A program made the position numbers and the translations under genes. Below are positions 12,401-25,700 of a stretch of DNA of 64,000 nt, in pieces. This DNA comes from Balanoglossus misakiensis. Its lineage: Eukaryota > Animalia > Hemichordata. Below the pieces are notes generated by a model. It was not told the DNA's origin. It made no database searches and was given only the letters and a program-made list of their open reading frames with translations. Position 1 is the stretch's first letter. Every line of letters begins with the position of its first letter. The stretch spans positions 11,501,337 to 11,565,336 of the forward strand of contig CM082586.2 of NCBI GenBank assembly GCA_040954595.2. The letters run 5' to 3'.

Positions 12401-15400
12401 CTACCCGAACAAATGTCGAGTGTTGACCCGCTGTGACTTTCCCTCTTCGGTTTGCCCGACTTAGCCAACGTCTTTGTACTAGAGTGTCGGGTCTTTTGCA
12501 GAGCCAGGCCGAAGGAAATCCGACTTGATCACTGTTGCTAACGAACGCTAGTGTCTGTCATGGTGTGCCGGGGTTTTAGTCGAGCCAGGCCGTAGGAGAT
12601 CTGACTTGATCATCGTGGTCAATGTACGCGTGTTTCCGCTCTAAAGTGCCGGGGCTTCAGCTAAACCAGGCCGTAGGAAATCCGACGTAATCACCGTTGA
12701 TAACTTACGCCAGTCTGTGTCATATAGAGCCGGTGCACCAGCCGAGTCACGCCGTAGGAAATCTGACTTGATCAACGTGGTCAATGTACGCCTGTTTCTG
12801 CTCTAGAGTGCCGGGGCTTCAGCTGAGCCAGGCCGTAGGAAACCCGACGTGATTACCGTTGTTAACTTACGCCAGTCTGTGTCCTATATATAGCGCCGGG
12901 GCATCAGCCGTGCCAGGCCGAAGGAAATGTAAGTAAATCAACGTGGTCTCTGTACACGTGTTTCTGCTCTAGAGTGCCAGGGCTTTAGCCAAGCCATGCC
13001 GTGGGAAATCTGACTTGATCAACGTTGCTAACGAACGCTAGTGTCTGTCATAGTGTGCCGGGGTTTTAGTCGAGCCAAGCCGTAGGAGATCAGACTTGAT
13101 CAACGTGGTCTCTGTACGCGTGTTTCTGCTCTAGAGTGCCGGGGCTTTATCCAAGCCATGCCGTAGAAAATCTGACTTGATCACCGTTGCTAACGTACGC
13201 TAGTGTCTGTCATATTGTGACGGAGATTTAGCCGAGCCAGGCCGTAGAAAAATCGACTTATTCAACGTTACCAGTGTGCAACTTATGCTGTAAGAAATCT
13301 GAGTTGATGAACGGGAATCCAATGTTAGAAAACCCGTGTGGAAAGTATCTCTACCCGTTTGAAACTAAGAAAAGAATTTATTCTTATTTTTTTTGTAAAA
13401 AAGACAATTTTTCGAAAAAAAGTCGAAAATGGTAAATTTGTCTTGGGTGATTCAAATTATACCGCCTTTTCTGGAATTTGCAGCACTTTTTACAAGAGAA
13501 CGACACTTCATGCTCCATAATATTTCCGAAAATGAAGAAAAGAATTAATTTTTTATGATTTTTTAAAAAATTACCATTTTTGTCAAAATATGGCCAAAAT
13601 GGCTATTTTTTCTTGAATTCCGTCAATGTCTCTGCATTTTTGGAGTGGTCGAAAGTTTTAGCATACAATCAACATGTCATATATGATCAGGGCACCAAAT
13701 TCGAAGAACAAAGGTTTTTTTAGTTTTTTTTCTAAAAATGACATTTTCAAGGAAAATTTGGTAAAACGCAATTTTGTCTGCCTTGAGCCAAATTAGATAG
13801 TCTTTTGTGGAATTTGTATATATATATACATAAGAAGAGCATTCTATACTCCATCAGATTTCCGAAAATGTACAAAACATGTATTTTTTTGTAATTTTCA
13901 AAAATTTACCATTTTGACCAAATTGTGGCTAAAATTGTTATTTTCGTGTTGAATGCCGCCAGTGTCACTGCTTTTAAAAGTCATAAAAACTTTTAACATA
14001 CAAGCAATTGTTAATATATGATCAGGGCACCGAATTAAAAAAATAAAGAATGTTTTGCCTAAAAATGACCTTTTTGGTGCAAAAACGAATAAAACGCTAT
14101 TTTCTATTAAATCAGCTCATTCAGAGTGCATTTTTTATAATCAGCACCATTTTTACATATAATGGAAATTTCATACATCATCAGATATCCAAATATGAAA
14201 AAATGATTTAGATTTTAGATGATTGTCCAAAATTAGCTGATATCTAATAAATGTAGTATTGAACCGTTCTGTCCCCCCCCCCCCCTACATTATATGCGGT
14301 ACGCCGATGTCAGCTTACCCGGCAGTACTGCAGGCCGTGCCCCCAACTAACGTCGGTGTTTTAAAACGCCCTGGTTAAATTCGGGCTTTCTCTATAAATT
14401 GACAGGCAATAATGCAGTCCTACCCTAACAAATGTCGAGTGTTGACCCGCTGTGACTTTCCCTCTTCGGTTTGCCCGACTTAGCCAACGTCTTTGTACTA
14501 GTGTCGGGTCTTTTGCAGAGCCAGGCCGAAGGAAATCCGACTTGATCACCGTTGCTAACGAACGCTAGTGTCTGTCATGGTGTGCCGGGGTTTTAGTCGA
14601 GCCAGGCCGTAGGAGATCTGACTTGATCATCGTGGTCAATGTACGCGTGTTTCCGCTCTAAAGCGCCAGGGCTTCAGCTAAACCAGGCCGTAGGAAATCC
14701 GGCGTAATCACCGTTGATAACTTACGCCAGTCTGTGTCATATAGAGCCGGTGCACCAGCCGAGTCACGCCGTAGGAAATCTGACTTGATCAACGTGGTCA
14801 ATGTACGCCTGTTTCTGCTCTAGAGTGCCGGGGCTTCAGCTGAGCCAGGCCGTAGGAAACCCGACGTGATTACCGTTGTTAACTTACGCCAGTCTGTGTC
14901 CTATATATAGTGCCGGGGCATCAACCGTGCCAGGCCGAAGTAAATGTGAGTAGATCAACGTGGTCTCTGTACGCGTGTTTCTGCTCTAGAGTGCCAGGGC
15001 TTTAGCCAAGCCATGCCGTAGGAAATTTGACTTGATCAACGTTGCTAACGAACGCTAGTGTCTGCTATAGTGTGCCGGGGTTTTAGTCGAGCCAAGCCGT
15101 AGGAGATCAAACTTGATTAACGTGGTCTCTGTACGCTTGTTTCTGCTCTAGAGTGCCGGGGATTTATCCAAGCCATGCCGTAGGAAATCTGACATGATCA
15201 ACGTTGCTAACGTACGCTAGTGTCTGTCATATTGTGACGGAGATTTAGCCGAGCCAGGCCGTAGAAAAATCGACTTGTTCAACGTTACCAGTGTGCAACT
15301 GTTTCTGCTCTAGAGTGTCAGGGTTTTTGCCGACTTATGCTGTATGAAATCTGAGTTGATGAACGGGAATTCAATGTTAGAAAATCCGTGTGGAAAGTAT

Positions 15401-18400
15401 CTCTACCCGTTTGAAACTAAGAAAAGAATTTATTCTTATTTATTTTGTAAAAAAGACAATTTTTCGAAAAAAAAGTCGAAAATGGTAATTTTGTCTTGGG
15501 TGATTCAAATTATACCGCCTTTTCTGGAATTTGCAGCACTTTTTACAAGAGAACGACACTTCATGCTCCATAATATTTCCGAAAATGAAGAAAAGAGTTT
15601 ATTTTTTATGATTTTTTAAAAATTTACCATTTTTGACAAAATATGGCCAAAATGGCTATTTTTTCTTGAATTCCGTCAATATCTCTGCATTTTTGGAGTG
15701 GTCGAAAGTTTTAACATACAATCAACATGTCATATATGATCAGGGCACCAAATTCGAAGAACAAAGGTTTTTTTATTTTTTTTTCTAAAAATGACATTTT
15801 CAAGGAAAATTTGGTAAAACGCAATTTTGTCTGCAGTAAGCAAATTAGACGGTCTTTTGTTGAATTTGTATCGATATATACATACGAAGAGCATTCTATA
15901 CTCCATCAGATTTCCGAAAATGTAGAAAACAGGTATTTTTTGTAATTTTCAAAAATTTACCATTTTGACCAAATTATGGCTAAAATTGTTATTTTCGTGT
16001 TGAATGCCGCCAGTGTCACTGCTTTTAAAAGTCATAAAAACTTTAAAAATAAAAGCAATTTTTTATATATGATCAGGTCACCGAATTAAAAAAAATAAAG
16101 AATGTTTTGCCTAAAAATGACCTTTTTGGTGCAAAAACGAATAAAACGCAATTTTGTATTAAATCAGCTCATTCAGAGTGCATTTTTACAATCAGCACCA
16201 TTTTTACATATAATGGAAATTTCATACATCATCAGATATCCAAATATGAAAAAATGATTTAGATTTTAGATGATTGTCCAAAATTAGCTGATATCTAATA
16301 AATGTAGTATTGAACCATTCTGTTCCCCCCCCCCCCCCTACATTATATGCGGTACGCCGATGTCAGCTTACGCGGCAGTACTGCAGGCTGTGCCCCCAAC
16401 TAACGTCGGTGTTTGAAACGCCCTGGTTCAATTCGGGCTTTCTCTATAAATTGACAGGCAATAATGCAGTACTACCCGAACAAATGTCGAGTGTTGACCC
16501 GCTGTGACTTTCCCTCTTCGGTTTACCCGACTTAGCCAACGTCTTTGTACTAGAGTGTCGGGTCTTTTGCAGAGCCAGGCCGAAGGAAATCCGACTTGAT
16601 CACCGTTGCTAACGAACGCTAGTGTCTGTCATGGTGTGCCGGGGTTTTAGTCGAGCCAGGCCGTTGGAGATCTGACTTGATCATCGTGGTCAATGTACGC
16701 GTGTTTCCGCTCTAAAGTGCCGGGGCTTCAGCTAAACCAGGCCGTAGGAAATCCGACGTAATCACCGTTGATAACTTACGCCAGTCTGTGTCATATAGAG
16801 CCGGTGCACCAGCCGAGTCACGCCGTAGGAAATCTGACTTGATCAACGTGGTCAATGTACGCCTGTTTCTACTCTAGAGTGCCGGGGCTTCAGCTGACCC
16901 AGGCCGTAGGAAACCCGACGTGATTACCTTTGTTAACTTACGCCAGTCTGTGTCCTATATATAGTGCCGGGGCATCAGCCGTGCCAGGCCGAAGGAAATG
17001 TGAGAAGATCAACGTGGTCTCTGTACGCGTGTTTCTGCTCTAGAGTGCCAGGGCTTTAGCCAAGCCATGCCGTAGGAAAGCTGACATGATCAACGTTGCT
17101 AACGTACGCTAGTGTCTGTCATATTGTGACGGAGATTTAGCCGAGCCAGGCCGTAGAAAAATCGACTTGTTCAACGTTACCAGTGTGCAACTGTTTCTGC
17201 TCTAGAGTGTCAGGGTTTTAGCCGACTTATGCTGTATGAAATCTGAGTTTATGAACGGGAATTCAATGTTAGAAAACCCGTGTGGAAAGTATCTCCACCC
17301 GTTTGAAACTAAGAAAAGAATTTATTCTTATTTATTTTGTAAAAAAGACAATTTTTCGAAAAAAAGTCGAAAATGGTAATTTTGTCTTGGGTGATTCAAA
17401 TTATACCGCCTTTTCTGGAATTTGCAGCACTTTTTACAAGAGAACGACACTTCATGCTCCATAATATTTCCTAAAATGAAGAAAAGAGTTAATTTTTTAT
17501 GATCTTTTAAAAAATTACCATTTTTGTCAAAATATGGCCAAAATGGCTATTTTTTCTTGAATTCCGTCAATATCTCTGCATTTTTGGAGTGGTCGAAAGT
17601 TTTAACATACAATCAACATGTCATATATGATCAGGGCACCAAATTCGAAGAACAAAGGTTTTTGTATTTTTTTTCTAAAAATGACATTTTCAAGGACAAT
17701 TTGGTAAAAGGCAATTTTGTCTGCAGTGAGCCAAATTAGACGGTCTTTTGTGGAATTTGTATCGATATATACATACGACGAGCATTCTATACTCCATCAG
17801 ATTTCCGAAAATGTAGAAAACAGGTATTTTTTTGTAATTTTCAAAAATTTACCATTTTGACCAAATTGTGGCTAAAATTGTTATTTTCGTGTTGAATGCC
17901 GCCAGTGTCACTGCTTTTAAAAGTCATAAAAACTTTTAACATACAAGCAATTCTTTATATATGATCAGGTCACCGAATTAAAAAAATAAAGAATGTTTTG
18001 CCTAAAAATGACCTTTTAGGTGCAAAAACGAATAAAACGTAATTTTGTATTAAATCAGCTCATTCAGATTGCATTTTATATAATCAGCACCATTTTTACA
18101 TATAATGGAAATTTCATACATCATCAGATATCCAAATATGAAAAAATGATTTAGATTTTAGATGATTGTCCAAAATTAGCTGATATCTAATAAATGTAGT
18201 ATTGAACCGTTCTGTTCCCCCCCCCCCTACATTATATGCGGTACGCCGATGTCAGCTTACCCGGCAGTACTGCAGGCCGTGCCCCCAACTAACGTCGGTG
18301 TTTGAAACGCCCTGGTTAAATTCGGGCTTTCTCTATAAATTGACAGGCAATAATGCAGTCCTACCCGAACAAATGTCGAGTGTTGACCCCCTGTGACTTT

Positions 18401-18621
18401 CCCTCTTCGGTTTGCCCGACTTAGCCAACGTCTTTGTACTAGAGTGTCGGGTCTTTTGCAGAGCCAGGCCGAAGGAAATCCGACTTGATCAACGTTGCTA
18501 ACGAACGCTAGTGTCTGTCATAGTGTGCCGGGGTTTTAGTCGAGCCAAGCCGTAGGAGATCTGACTTGATCATCGTGGTCAATGTACGCGTGTTTCCGCT
18601 CTAAAGTGCCGGGGCTTCAGC

Positions 18622-18928
18622 TATCGGAGATGCTAAAAACTCTGACCATGAGTCATTTTGAGGATCACAGCTCGGATACTTTGAGCCAATCAGAGCTGAG
18701 TATTTTAGCCCAATCAGAGGCCTAGTTAATCACCCAATGACATCTTTCCCGCCAAAACAAAATTTGCTACTTTTTTGGCTGGCGTTTTGTGCTCGTGAAA
18801 TCACTTCTTGAGTGTCCTTTAATAAAAGCTGTTTAAAGGTTGTACAGCTGCGTCCCGCTCCTGTAATTTCCCCTGCCATCCCCCAGAACCTTGTTCATAA
18901 ATCCACCCCAGACGTAAAGTACGTCACA
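18622..18928 (+). repeat. Bel/Pao 5' LTR (307 bp)
   Basis: Starts TATCGG (probably a TG to TA change), ends GTCACA, contains AATAAA near 18821; matches 22447-22712 with 4 substitutions seen. Confidence 0.9.
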
Positions 18929-18932
18929 TTTT

Positions 18933-18951
18933 TGGTGCCGAGACCAGGATT
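18933..18951 (+). promoter_or_regulatory. Primer binding site, tRNA-His type
   Basis: TGGTGCCGAGACCAGGATT, 18/19 to the complement of an invertebrate tRNA-His(GUG) 3' end (TGGTGCCGTGACCAGGATT, from memory); tRNA-Phe fits less well. Confidence 0.75.
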
Positions 18952-18959
18952 TTCCGGTA

Positions 18960-21900
18960 ATGATGGCAGAACCAGAGGAACAGGAGCACCCAGCACCCGC
19001 TCAGGCGGTCCCAGGAGCAAACTCGCTCAACAGGCTGAAAGGTACACGAAGGGGTCACCGTGGATCCATGACAAGACTTCTCAACAAAGCAGAGGATATC
19101 ATCTCATCATTTGAAGAGAACGATGACAAGATCGAAGCTCTCGATACCCTCATCACCACGCGCGAACTGATAAACGCGAAATACGACATTCTCGCATCCC
19201 TAGACTTGAAGATCATCGAATCCGTTGACGAAGGCGACCTCGAAGGCGTGATCGAGGAAACCGACGACTACTTGCATCAAGTTTTCGATAGCAAGCTCAA
19301 GATCGGCCGATTCATCGACAGAAATTCGCGAGCGACATCGCCCGACCGATCTTCCCACGAAGAAATCACTTCCGCGGCACCCTCCATTCAAAGGAAAACT
19401 ACAAGTTTGCCGAAACTTCAGCTACCCGTCTTTTCGGGTGACATTCTCAAATGGGTCAGTTTCCACGACGCGTTCAAATCCGCTGTCCACGACGACAAGA
19501 ATCTGGGTGACGTCCAGAAATTCCAATACTTACGCGCACAGCTTCAAGGCGAAGCCGCTCGATCGATCGAAGGTCTGTCATTGACAAGTTCGAACTACGC
19601 ACACGCGCTTCAACTTCTCACCGAACGTTATGGCAAAACACACAAGATTATAAGCGCCTACATGAAATCGCTGTGGGACATGCCGAGTCCAGAAGGCGAA
19701 CTCAGCAGTCTACGAAACTTCTACGACACTCTAGAGAGTAATATTCGCGGTCTCCAATCTCTCGGTAAAAGCGAAGACGCGTACGGAGATATACTTGTAC
19801 CCATAGTCTTGGAAAAACTTCCCGGTAACACTCGCAAACAAATCGCACGAGAACACGGTAATAATGAATGGAAACTCGGCGACCTACGAAAGGCAATTCT
19901 CAAAGAAATCGACGCTCATCAAGCTGGCCTCTCCACCGCTGAATCCGACAGCGATTCTACATACGACGAATGCAAGCCGTCGATGACCGCCGCGTTTCAC
20001 ACTAGATCCGCAACCCGTTTCGCTAGGGTGAATAAACCGAAATCGTGTGCGTTTTGCAAAGGGCAACATTTTGCCAATGAATGCACAACCATTACCGATA
20101 AGAAGAAACGTCTTGACATCGTCAAACGCGACAAACTCTGTTTTAACTGCCTCGGCAGGCATCGAGTACACGATTGCAAATCGAGATTCAGTTGCCGTTC
20201 ATGCAACAGAAAGCATCATACCTCGCTTCATACTGATCGAGCTTCGGACAGTTCGAAAACCCCGACGGAAGACGCGCGCACTCCTTCCGCTACACACGTT
20301 CAGTTCGCCCGTACTGAGAACTCGAGTCGCGAGAAAGCGAGAAACGGACCAATTCTCCTGAAAACCGCGGTCGTTCCAGTCTCTACGAAATTTCAAACGA
20401 CAATTGACGCCACAGTGTTATTCGACGAAGGCGCGACGCGTTCATTCGTGACCAAAGATTTCGCGACAAGACTCGGTTTAGAACCGACCGGTACCGAGGT
20501 CATTAGACTGACTTCCTTCGGTGACAAATATCCGCGACAAAGATCGATCAATGCAGCGACCATTGCATTGCACACGCTTTCCGGCGAAAAGAAAGAGATA
20601 AACGTTCTCATCATTCCGCAGATTTCGACGCGAATGAAAAACTTTGTCAAGCAATCAGTTGCTGACTTGCCTCACCTACGCGGAGTAAACTTTGCTTACC
20701 CGGTATCGAACACCGATTCGGTCGAGATTTCCGTGTTAATAGGCGCGGACTACTATTGGGATTTTGTCGAAGATCGAGTTATTCGTGGCCCAGGCCCAAC
20801 CGCTGTACGCTCGAAATTCGGTTACATACTGTCCGGTCCCGTTCACAAGACAAATTCGTCTGATAGCGATGCGACGATTTTTCATGTTCTCTCAAACACG
20901 CACGACGAAGAGATTCAACTCCAAAATTATTGGAACCTCGAGACAATCGGTATTCAAGACGATTCGCAATCTGCTGCTATGGATAACAATACCTTTGAAG
21001 ATTACAGAGACACACATTTGCGCATCGAAAATGGCACATATATCGCGAAGTTGCCATGGAAGTCCAACCACCCGCCACTACCCACTAACTACGGGGTCAC
21101 TGATAATCGCACGCGTTCTATGGTGCGTAGGCTTTCACCGGACATTCTGAAAGCGTATGACAAAATCATTTCTGATCAGGAATCGCGAGATTTCATCGAA
21201 GAAGTACCAGGCGACATGGATACGCGCCGCACCGGTCACTACTTGCCCCATCGCCCCATGAAAAAAGATTCAGCCACTACGCCAATCAGAATCGTGTATG
21301 ATTGTAGTTGCAGGCAATCTACCGACACACCGAGTTTGAATGACTGCTTACAAACCGGCCCACCTCTGCTCAACGACCTCACACAAATTCTACTTCGGTT
21401 TCGCGCAAACAGCTTTGCCTTTACGAGTGACATAGAAAAGGATTTTCTACATGTTCGACTTGACGAAAGCGATCGTCAATTTACGAATTTTTTGTGGTTG
21501 TCTGATCCGACAGACCCGGAAAGCGACTTCAAAACATATCGCTTCAAAGTAGTTCTATTCGGTGCAGTTTGCTCGCCATTCATTTTAAACGCAGTCGTGA
21601 AAACCCCTCTCGAGTCCGCTCAATCCACGCCAACTTCCATCGATCTCAAAAATAATATCTACGTTGACAACATACTTAGCGGAGCTGATAGCCCGGGCGA
21701 AGCAGTTGGCTACTACAGAGAGTCAAACCGTCTGTTAGAATCTTGCGGATTCAATCTACGAAGTTGGTCGAGTAACTGTGAAGATGTTCGCGCACTTGCT
21801 GCAAAGGATGATAAACTCGAACGCGCTACTGACGTGAACACACTAGGACTTCGCTGGTTAACCGAAACCGACGAACTCGCCTACGCGAAGAAGAATCTCC

Positions 21901-22446
21901 AAATACCGGACAATCTCACTACGAAACGTGAAGTGGTTCGAACCACTGCCAGCTTATACGACCCCCTGGGGTATCTTTCGCCAGTTCTCATTAAGGCGAA
22001 ACTGTTCATACAGCAACTGTGGATAAAAGGTCTCGCCTGGGACGAACCGCTAGAAAACGAACTCAATAAAGAGTGGACAGACATCGCAAGAGAAATACGC
22101 GAAACGACCACAGTGAAACTCAATCGCCGATATTTTGACAACTCGCCTGTCAATCAAAACTATCAGCTCCACGTGTTCGCCGACTCGAGCATGAAGCTTA
22201 GGCCTATGGAGCCGTCGCCTACTTACGACATGCCAATCAAACCGCGCTTTTCATGGCAAAGAATCGCGTGGCACCTCTCAAAGAGTTCACTCTCCCGCGC
22301 CTCGAACTGATGGCCGCCTTGATCGGTGCAAGGCTGTTGCAATTCGTCTCAAACTCCCTACAAGGCAAAATTCGCATCACAGAGAAAATTCTGTGGTCTG
22401 ATAGTCAAATAGTCCTACATTGGTTGAACAGCGACAAGAAACTTCC
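18960..22446 (+). pseudogene. Bel/Pao Gag-Pol polyprotein (Gag with 3 Cys/His knuckles, protease, RT, partial RNase H); frameshifted and truncated
   Basis: 1116-aa ORF: LPKLQLPVFSG/KFQYL Gag; CAFCKGQH, CFNCLGRH, CRSCNRKHH knuckles; LFDEGA protease; SLNDCLQTGP, DIEK, YVDN RT; YDPLG and WDEPL. A 5-bp insertion (GCTTA, ~22196) breaks FADSSMKAYGAV; the RNase H frame continues (KNRVAPLK, LPRLEL, WSDSQI) to the deletion at 22446. Confidence 0.92.
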
Positions 22447-22712
22447 GATCACAGCTCGGATACTTTGAGCCAATCAGAGCTGAGTATTTTAGCCCAATCA
22501 GAGGCCTAGTTAATCACCAAATGACATCTTTCCCGCCAAAACAAAATTTGCTACTTTTTTGGCTGGCGTTTTGTGCTTGTGAAATCACTTCTTGAGTGAC
22601 CTTCAATAAAAGCTGTTTAAAGGTTGTACAGCTGCGTCCCGCTCCTGTAATTTCCCCTGCCATCCCCCAGAACCTTGTTCATAAATCCACCCCAGACGTA
22701 AAGTACGTCACA
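22447..22712 (+). repeat. Bel/Pao 3' LTR, lacking its first 41 bp
   Basis: Begins at GATCACAGCTCGG (equivalent to 18663), fused directly to RNase H sequence. Confidence 0.9.
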
Positions 22713-25700
22713 TCAGCTAAACCAGGCCGTAGGAAATCCGACGTAATCACCGTTGATAACTTACGCCAGTCTGTGTCATATAGAGCCGGTGCACCAGCCG
22801 AGTCACGCCGTAGGAAATCTGACTTGATCAACGTGGTCAATGTACGCCTGTTTCTGCTCTAGAGTGCCGGGGCTTCAGCTGAGCCAGGCCGTAGGAAACC
22901 CGACGTGATTACCGTTGTTAACTTACGCCAGTCTGTGTCCTATATATAGTGCCGGGGCATCAGCCGTGCCAGGCCGAAGGAAATGTGAGTAGATCAACGA
23001 CGTCTCTGTACGCGTGTTTCTGCTCTAGAGTGCCAGGGCTTTAGCCAAGCCATGCCGTAGGAAATCTGACTTGATCAACGTGGTCTCTGTACGCGTGTTT
23101 CTGCTCTAGAGTGCCGTGGCTTTATCCAAGCCATGCCGCAGAAAATCTGACTTGATCACCGTTGCTAACGTACGCTAGTGTCTGTCATATTGTGACGGAG
23201 ATTTAGCCGAGCCAGGCCGTAGAAATATCGACTTGTTCAACGTTACCAGTGTGCAACTGTTTCTGCTCTAGAGTATCAGGGTTTTAGCCGACTTATGCTG
23301 TAGGAAATTTGAGTTGATGAACGGGAATTCAATGTTAGAAAACCCGTGTGGAAAGTATCTCTACCCGTTTGAAACTAAGAAAAGAATTTATTCTTATTTA
23401 TTTTGTAAAAAAGACAATTTTTTCGAAAACAAGTCGAAAATGGTAATTTTGTCTTGGGTGATTCAAATTATACCGCCTTTTCTGGAATTTGCATCACTTT
23501 TTACAAGAGAACGACACTTCATGCTCCATAATATTTCCGAAAATGAAGAAAAGAGTTAATTTTTTATGATTTTTTAAAAATTTACCATTTTTGTCAAAAT
23601 ATGGCCAAAATGGCTATTTTTCTTGAATTCTGTCAATATCTCTGCATTTTTGGAGTGGTCGAGAGTTTTAACATAAAATCAACATGTCATATATGATCAG
23701 GGCACCAAATTCGAAGAACAAAGGTTTTTTTTATTTTTTTTTTCTAAAAATGACATTTTCAAGCAAAATTTGATAACATGCAATTTTGTCTGCAGTGAGC
23801 CAAATTAGACGGTCATTTGTGGAATTTGTATCGATATATACATACGAAGAGCATTCTATACTCCATCAGATTTCCGAAAATGTAAAAAACAGGTATTTTT
23901 TGTAATTTTCAAAAATTTACTATTTTGACCAAATTGTGGCTAAAATTATTATTTTCGTGTTGAATGCCGCCAGTGTCACTGCTTTTAAAAGTCATTAAAA
24001 CGTTTAACATACAAGCAATTGTTTATATATGATCAGGTCACCGAATTAAAAAAAAAGAATGTTTGGCCTAAAAATGACCTTTTTGGTGCAAAAACGAATA
24101 AAACGCAATTTTGTATTAAATCAGCTCATTCAGAGTGCATTTTTTATAATCAGCACCATTTTTACATATAATGGAAATTTCATACATCATCAGATATCCA
24201 AATATGAAAAAATGATTTAGATTTTAGATGATTGTCCAAAATTAGCTGATATCTAATAAATGTAGTATTGAACCGTTCTGTCCCCCCCCCCTACATTATA
24301 TGCGGTACGCCGATGTCAGCTTACCCGGCAGTACTGCAGGCCGTGCCCCCAACTAACGTCGGTGTTTGAAACGCCCTGGTTAAATTCGGGCTTTCTCTAT
24401 AAATTGACAGGCAATAATGCAGTCCTACCCTAACAAATGTCGAGTGTTGACCCGCTGTGACTTTCCTTCTTCGGTTTGCCCGACTTAGCCAACGTCTTTG
24501 TACTAGTGTCGGGTCTTTTGCAGAGCCAGGCCGAAGGAAATCCGACTTGATCACCGTTGCTAACGAACGCTAGTGTCTGTCATGGTGTGCCGGGGTTTTA
24601 GTCGAGCCAGGCCATAGGAGATCTGACTTGATCATCGTGGTCAATGTACGCGTGTTTCCGCTCTAAAGTGCCGGGGTTTCAGCTAAACCAGGCCGTAGGA
24701 AATCTGACGTAATCACCGTTGATAACTTACGCCAGTGTGTGTCATATAGAGCCGGTGCACCAGCCGAGTCACGCCGTAGGAAATCTGACTTGATCATCGT
24801 GGTCAATGTACGCCTGTTTCTGCTCTAGAGTGCCGGGGCTTCAGCTGAGCCAGGCCGTAGGAAACCCGGCGTGATTACCGTTGTTAACTTACGCCAGTCT
24901 GTGTCCTATATATAGTGCCGGGGCATCAGCCGTGCCAGGCCGAAGGAAATGTGAGTAGATCAACGTGGTCTCTGTACGCGTGTTTCTGCTCTAGAGTGTC
25001 AGGGCTTTAGCCAAGCCATGCCGTAGGAAATCTGACTTGATCAACGTTGCTAGCGAACGCTAGTGTCTGTCATAGCGTGCCGGGGTTTTAGTCGGGCCAA
25101 GCCGTAGGAGATCAGACTTGATCAACGTGGTCTCTGTACGCGTGTTTCTGCTCTAGAGTGCCGGGGCTTTATCCAAGCCATGCCGTAGAAAATCTGACTT
25201 GATCACCGTTGATAACTTACGCCAGTCTGTGTCCTATATATAGTGCCGGGGCATCAGCCGTGCCAGGCCGAAGGAAATGTGAGTAGATCAACGTGGTCTC
25301 TGTACGCGTGTTTCTGCTCTAGAGTGCCAGGGCTTTAGCCAAGCCATGCCGTAGGAAATCTGACTTGATCAAGGTTGCTAACGAACGCTATTGTCTGTCA
25401 TAGTGTGCCGGGGTTTTAGTCGAGCCAAGCCGTAGGAGATCAGACTTGATCAACGTGGTCTCCGTACACGTTTTTCTGCTCTAGAGTGCCGGGGCTTTAT
25501 TCAAGCCATGCCGTAAGAAATCTGACTTGATCACCGTTGCTAACGTACGCTAGTGTCTGTCATATTGTGACGGAGATTTAGCCAAGCCAGGCCGTAAAAA
25601 AATCGACTTGTTCAACGTTACCAGTGTGCAACTGTTTCTGCTCTAGAGTGTCAGGGTTTTAGCCGACTTATGCTGTAGGAAATCTGAGTTGATGAACGGG

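Larger units (their letters stand above)
984..18621 (+). repeat. ~2-kb macrosatellite array, segment 1 (about 9 units)
   Basis: The anchor GTGGAAAGTATCTCTACCCG (or a one-base variant) recurs near 2525, 4260, 6156, 9276, 11329, 13338, 15389 and 17282; the anchor of one further unit is lost in a deletion at 7466. Units are head-to-tail and highly similar. Confidence 0.97.
18622..22712 (+). mobile_element. Bel/Pao LTR retrotransposon, internally deleted (no integrase)
   Basis: 5-bp TSD TCAGC (18617-18621 and 22713-22717) restores the satellite; direct terminal repeats, a PBS, and a Gag-PR-RT-RNase H ORF with Bel/Pao signatures. Confidence 0.95.
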
